A DNA stretch of 64,000 nt from Macrostomum lignano (Eukaryota): assembly GCA_002269645.1 (NCBI GenBank), contig NIVC01000671.1, positions 62,001 to 126,000 of the forward strand, in the 5' to 3' direction. Of this stretch, positions 59,072 to 64,000 are shown piece by piece; position 1 is the first letter of the stretch; each line of letters begins with the position of its first letter. The notes under the pieces are model-generated. The model had not been told where the DNA came from and ran no database searches. It saw nothing but the letters and a program-made list of their open reading frames with translations. Both the position numbers and the translations under genes were made by a program.

Positions 59072-60088
59072 TCAAGCGAATACGGATCCCCCCTCCAAAG
59101 TCAATTGAGTACTCGCCCACAACGCTACTCGGTAGGACGAATTGAAGGCAAACTGACGGTGCAGCCATCGGTTCAGCGGCTTGGACTCCTGCTGATTGTT
59201 GAACCACCGGTGGGTAGCATGAGGTTCGACTCCTGCTGATTGTTGAACCACCGGTGGGGTAGCATGAGGTTCGACTCCTGCTGATTGTGGAAACTCTGGT
59301 ACCACCGGTGGGGTAGCATGAGGTTCGAAATCTCGTAGGAGATCAGACAGGCTGGCATCCGCCATCATTCCAGCCATATTTTTTCCAGCGACTGGAACAG
59401 CCCTGTGCGGTGGCTGCTGCTCGACCGTGGCTTTTTCGTTCGTCTCCTCCGGCTCCAACTCGTGCTCCTCAAAGAAAGCCGTGTCCAATTCTGGCGGAGC
59501 AACAAAATCAGCGGCAGCAGCATCATCGTCATGGCGATTTACCGGTGTCTGAAGACTGAGAGCACCAGCCGCTGGAACGTCAACGCTGGCAGCTTGATGG
59601 TCGATGCCAGCAGGTCCAGGAGCAGCAGCTGGATGGTCGACGCTGGCAGGTCCAGGAAGGCTGGCAACATCAGCTGGATGCTGATCTGCAGCAGCAAGTG
59701 CAACGGAAATCAAATCAAAAGTACATGTAGTTGAAATTATTGCAGATTGATTTCGCACACCTTGAATCGTCTGGCTCAGGGTGCTGACCGGGGCTCGATG
59801 ACGCTCGATCATGTTGAGTTGCTCCTGGCGGTGGGCGGCCTCCAGTACAGTAAAGCGGGCTCGTTCGATGCTATCAGGCGAGCTCCAATTAATGATGGTG
59901 TGATTTTTATGGGCCCGAACTTGGCGGCGCACATTGAACAGCTCAGTTGTCTGGCACTCGTGGCAAAGCAACCAGCGACTTATAATGCAGCTGTCTTTTT
60001 TGTTATGGAGCTTTAACCCACCGAGCTCACATGAATTGCAGCTGATGCACACCTCGTGCACGTAGGATGGACACCGAGATTTATTCAT
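59072..60088 (-). CDS. Unknown terminal ORF: Cys/His-rich N-terminus with LxCxE, acidic Ala/Pro-rich tail
   Basis: 338-codon ORF; HEVCISCNSC...WLLCHEC; ~39-nt internal repeat x3 at 59205-59330; TATATAA at 60165-60171 upstream. Confidence 0.7.
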   Translation of the reverse strand: MNKSRCPSYVHEVCISCNSCELGGLKLHNKKDSCIISRWLLCHECQTTELFNVRRQVRAHKNHTIINWSSPDSIERARFTVLEAAHRQEQLNMIERHRAPVSTLSQTIQGVRNQSAIISTTCTFDLISVALAAADQHPADVASLPGPASVDHPAAAPGPAGIDHQAASVDVPAAGALSLQTPVNRHDDDAAAADFVAPPELDTAFFEEHELEPEETNEKATVEQQPPHRAVPVAGKNMAGMMADASLSDLLRDFEPHATPPVVPEFPQSAGVEPHATPPVVQQSAGVEPHATHRWFNNQQESKPLNRWLHRQFAFNSSYRVALWASTQLTLEGGSVFA

Positions 60089-60628
60089 TATTTAAAAATC
60101 TATGAGAAATTTAGTTTAAAATAAAATTTAAATTTAAACTTCTCATATGCACATATTTAGCCTCTTATATACCCACTTCAACCAAATCTGTGTTAATAAA
60201 AACATAGCCGCTATGTTTTCAGCTTTGCTATGTTTACAGTCAGCCACCCAATGTCCAATGATTTCATCAGCGCATCCAGGTATTGAGCCCTTGTTAAATT
60301 CCCGCACGCCCCGCTAAATTCTTTTGAATACGCCGCCAACTTTACCCCACCCAGTCGAGGGTGGCAATAAAACTACTGATAACTGAGCACTCTCTCCTTT
60401 CAGCAACAAAGCCGCCGCCGCCGCCAGCTCCCAGACAGCGGGAGAGAGAGAGGCTTGGCTACCACTATTTTTGTTTACAGAAGTTTGTTATTACCGATAA
60501 AATTATATAATAAAGTATTAGTATAATACTGAATACAATAAAATACCGCTGATATTTGCCAATCGTTCAACACAATTTCTAGAGATTCCCCTAGCTCGCC
60601 TCTGTGCATACTTGCGGATTCCCCCATG

Positions 60629-60783
60629 AGGTGCCTATGTACTCTCATTAGGAGTCTACGGAATTCCCATGGCTTTGCCTGCGGCAGAGTTGAGCTATGC
60701 AAACACATAGGCGCCCTTCTGATCCGGGCCCACGGAATTTCCGTGGCTTTCCCTGCGGCAGAGTTGTGTTATCCTCTACTACT
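60629..60783 (-). repeat. Right TIR of the Polinton
   Basis: 154/155 identical to the left TIR; ends ...CTACTACT. Confidence 0.97.
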
Positions 60784-61956
60784 CCGAGGGTCGCCTGTTG
60801 TTTTCAGTTGGTCCGCAGTTCACTAGCAGGTGAGCGGTAACTGTGACTTAGCTGTGCTCATTCCACTGATTAATGTCAGGAGGCAGACAGGTTGAACTCG
60901 TAAGACGAAGCAGTCCAAGGCCCGTATATTTCAAGCAGCTGTGTATTCAAATTAGCGAATAATAATTACTAGCTATTAGCAAAAGCAAATTAAAACAAAA
61001 GGTACAGAGAACGCAATCTCTTGTGTACCTTGGATGCGTACGCAGGCGCACACACTCACAGGGTGCACTGTGCACTCTGGCAAGATTTGTCTCATCGTCC
61101 TCAAAGAGGGTGCAGTTGGGAATCTCGGGCAGCGTTCTAGCATGCCTTTGCCCCGCCATGACAACGCAGCGCATTCGTTCGATGAGGCGTTTTGCCACCA
61201 TGCAATACCGTCTCCAGAATGGTCCGCGCAGATGTTACTAATTGTAAAAGTGTAAACTTTCCCATAACACAAGGCTTCAAAATTTCGCCCTGTTCTGTCA
61301 ATTGGCAATCAAATCGTCGGTGTAGGCGTTGTTATCGGCGTCGACACCATCCTACGCGTCGTATTGGACTGCGAGACGCTGCTTCAATGGAGTTGAGGAT
61401 CCACTTTCGTTAGTTGAGTACGACAGCTGTGACTGTCCCTGCCGGTGCAGCAAAATACACAAATCAATGTCAGGCTCATCCTCGTCTTCTGATTTAGTGC
61501 TTCGTTTAACATCCTTCGAAAACTGACCCTAGGATGAGGATTGAAAAGCAGCGCCTTATTTAGGGTTGTCCCCAAACTGATCATAAAACTGATCAAAACG
61601 CTATATTGCCTGGGCCAATACTGAATAAGATTTGACACTGCAAAGGTTGTATCAAGGCACACCTGCTTACCTACTCTAGAGCCTATCATAGATAATAGAG
61701 TTACTTTAAAAACAAACAGTATATAAAACAGTCTATCACGCGATCGGAACTACTGTTTAGTTGATATGGATTCTTGTGAAGATTCATGCACTACTACTGC
61801 TCAGTAGTCAGTCATTCACTAGTAAATGTGGGCTTTTGAAAAGGCGTGGTAGAATTCCGCTGTTTGCTTGCCCAGGTCGGCAATCAATTTCAGGTCAAAT
61901 AATTATTCATATATTGCTTCAGTTTCGCAAGTGGACCCGGCCCTCTGCTTTTTCAG

Positions 61957-62476
61957 CTTGTCGCTGTCAAAGCCATCAGACGCCATCAGCACTGGCGAGC
62001 TGCTGGCGATCTGCTCGCCTGACAGGGGCCTCTTCCTGGTGTCCCTGGCGCAGCCCAGTCAGTGGAGAACCAGCCTCAAGAAGGAGAACCACAATCTGAG
62101 CCGGCCGGTCCGCCTGGCCTGGAGCGGCTCCCGCCAGCTGCTCATCGTGCTTGACGAAGTCTTCATCGACAGATTCTGCGTGAGCACCTTCGAGATCGTC
62201 ACCATGCAGAGCGGCGCGTTTCTGTTTCGCCAGGCCACCCTGGGCGACCCCGTTCGCTCCCTGGCCGTCCCCAGCGTGCTGAGCAGCAGCGGCGGCTTCC
62301 TGCTGTCTGCGCTCACCGAGGAGGGGCCTCGGCTGCTGAGCGTGGCCGACGACTGCTCGGCTGTCAGCACCGTCGCGGACTGCCAGCTGCCTGCGGATGG
62401 CGGCGCCGTCACCGACATGAGCTGGGCGGGGCGGCAGCTCTGGCTGTGCTGCGGTGGCAAGTTGATTGCGGCCTAA
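61957..62476 (+). CDS. Terminal exon of an unidentified host gene (possibly beta-propeller)
   Basis: TTTTTCAG| acceptor, GC3-rich open frame with beta-strand-like segments (LAWSGSRQLLIVLD, VTDMSWAGRQLWLC) and a stop at 62476. Upstream exons not identified. Confidence 0.55.
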
Positions 62477-64000
62477 GGCGCGTTCGGTTAGCTAAGCTCT
62501 GCTGCTCTAACATCCTTGGTTAACCAATCAATCAGAGCGTCCGTATTTGGTTTGTGACTCAGATACCAGAGTAACTAGATAAGCCACTTAGCACATTTGC
62601 GTGTAAGCTACTTTCAGTTCAGTAGTAAATTTAACAGAAGAATTTTATTGTATTTTTAAAGCCAAGGCTCATTTATTGGGTCTTAACAAACCACCCTAGC
62701 TGAAAGCACCCAACCGCGTCTTTCCACACTGCCTCCGCCCCGCCCCGCTTCGCCCCGCCCCAAATTTTATTGCCTTTCTCAGAATTCCAGCCTAAAGCTG
62801 CCATGCACATTTCAGTAGACTGGCTAATGTACATTATTGCTAACCAAGCCTGCACGCTTGGGCTTCTAAACTTACTAAGTCATTTCAGCTGCCTTTATTC
62901 TTATAAAATAGCTTATGTGTTCTTATTTGCTACTGAACTGAAAGTAGAAAGCTGTTTCCTAAGTATATATGCCTGAGTGGCCTATCTATTTATCTTATTA
63001 TCTGTGGTTTGGGAGAATTAAATAGTGATACAAAAGATAGTGAAACATTTAAAATATCTTGCTATCTGAGACTATGATTTCTGTTACCAGTAAATCACTG
63101 AGGCGGCTGATTCAACTGAATTTTCGTTAATAATGCAAAAATAACTTACGGTCCGATGTATTTGATGTTTTCAATCACAGTAGTACTGTCTTACAGAATA
63201 AAGTGTAATATATGGGGAGAACTCTACTATATTTAGCTATTTAATTTAACTACTTCCTGTTCAGTAGTTTAAGCGTAAAAAGCAACATTTATTTAACTAG
63301 CTCCACTACTAGTGAATTTTGATCCTCTTTTTAAGCTTGGTCATAGAAAAAACTTTTTTTCAGTCTTTTGCATTGGGAGATGCTTTCATAGTACACACAA
63401 AATGCGTCCTACTGACTGAAACTGGGATCGTAGCCTCCGCTTTTGCTTGTTTGAGCATTTTCATTGGTTGCTAATTCAAGTCTGGATAGAAAATACCGTT
63501 TTACTTCAATGATGCAGCTAAAAGCGCAGAAGTGCAGTCGAAAAATGATCAATAATTATTCCTTACTAATGACTTGGGGGCACTGACATGCGTTTTGTAG
63601 TCTTCTTTCTTACTGCTTTTTCAATTTTGGACGCACTACCGTAATAGTTTACAATTTTCTATTTTTTATTGCCAAATGATCTTAAAAATAATATAGATAA
63701 TTTCTTTACTACCCTACTGCCAGTAGAAATGCAGGAGTAATAAACGCGCAATTCAGTAAAACGAATATTTTTTTATATCTACAAGCTACATGTATTTAAT
63801 ATTGAGTCGTTCAATACCTCCCACTGCTTTAAGAAGCTTAATATTTATTTTTCAATTTATAGTAAAGTGCCTATGCGGACTATTAATATCGATTTCTTCT
63901 ATTAAAATTTCTCCTGTAATTTGTTTAGCGTTTTGGACAAGTAAAATTGCATTTTCTTTAGTTGGTGCTTTTCTAAAATCTGTAAGCAATCTCGCAATTC

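Larger units (their letters stand above)
44792..60783. mobile_element. Complete Polinton/Maverick (adintovirus-like) element, 15,992 bp
   Basis: AGTAGTAG termini; 155-bp TIRs with one mismatch; integrase, both capsids, adenain, ATPase and pPolB. Flanks CCGGCG and CCGAGG are only a 4/6 TSD match. Confidence 0.97.

Noticed and set aside
60947-61689. Short ORFs to the right of the Polinton
   Set aside because: Overlapping frames with no recognisable motif; may contain exons of the downstream gene but this cannot be supported.

Overview
Eukaryotic (animal) genomic DNA. GC-rich exons, introns packed with unrelated minisatellites and a cercarial-elastase-like protease point to a flatworm such as Macrostomum; this is inference, not a database result. 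Left half: an array of four LTR-end/primer-binding-site (PBS) modules, a full-length hAT transposon (8-bp TSD), a C3G/RAPGEF1-like gene (+), a 35-aa metallothionein-like micro-gene (+) and four minus-strand housekeeping genes (RNF5/185-like, DCAF7, maspardin/SPG21, GET2/CAML-like). Middle: a three-level nest of non-autonomous DNA transposons, a secreted serine protease and a Mag-like Ty3/Gypsy element with a truncated 3' LTR. Right: a complete 15,992-bp Polinton/Maverick (44792-60783, 155-bp TIRs) with integrase, minor and major capsid, basic core protein, adenain, packaging ATPase and pPolB. The standout result is its accessory genes: a divergent TATA-binding-protein (TBP) homologue, a tandem-PC4 protein, a terminal Cys-rich LxCxE protein and a predicted minisatellite-containing intron in pPolB. 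Together they suggest a virus-like transposon with its own partial transcription-initiation module. Most frameshifts are single-base losses, and one occurs in a conserved host gene, so many are probably consensus errors. All protein identities come from recalled motifs, not from searches.
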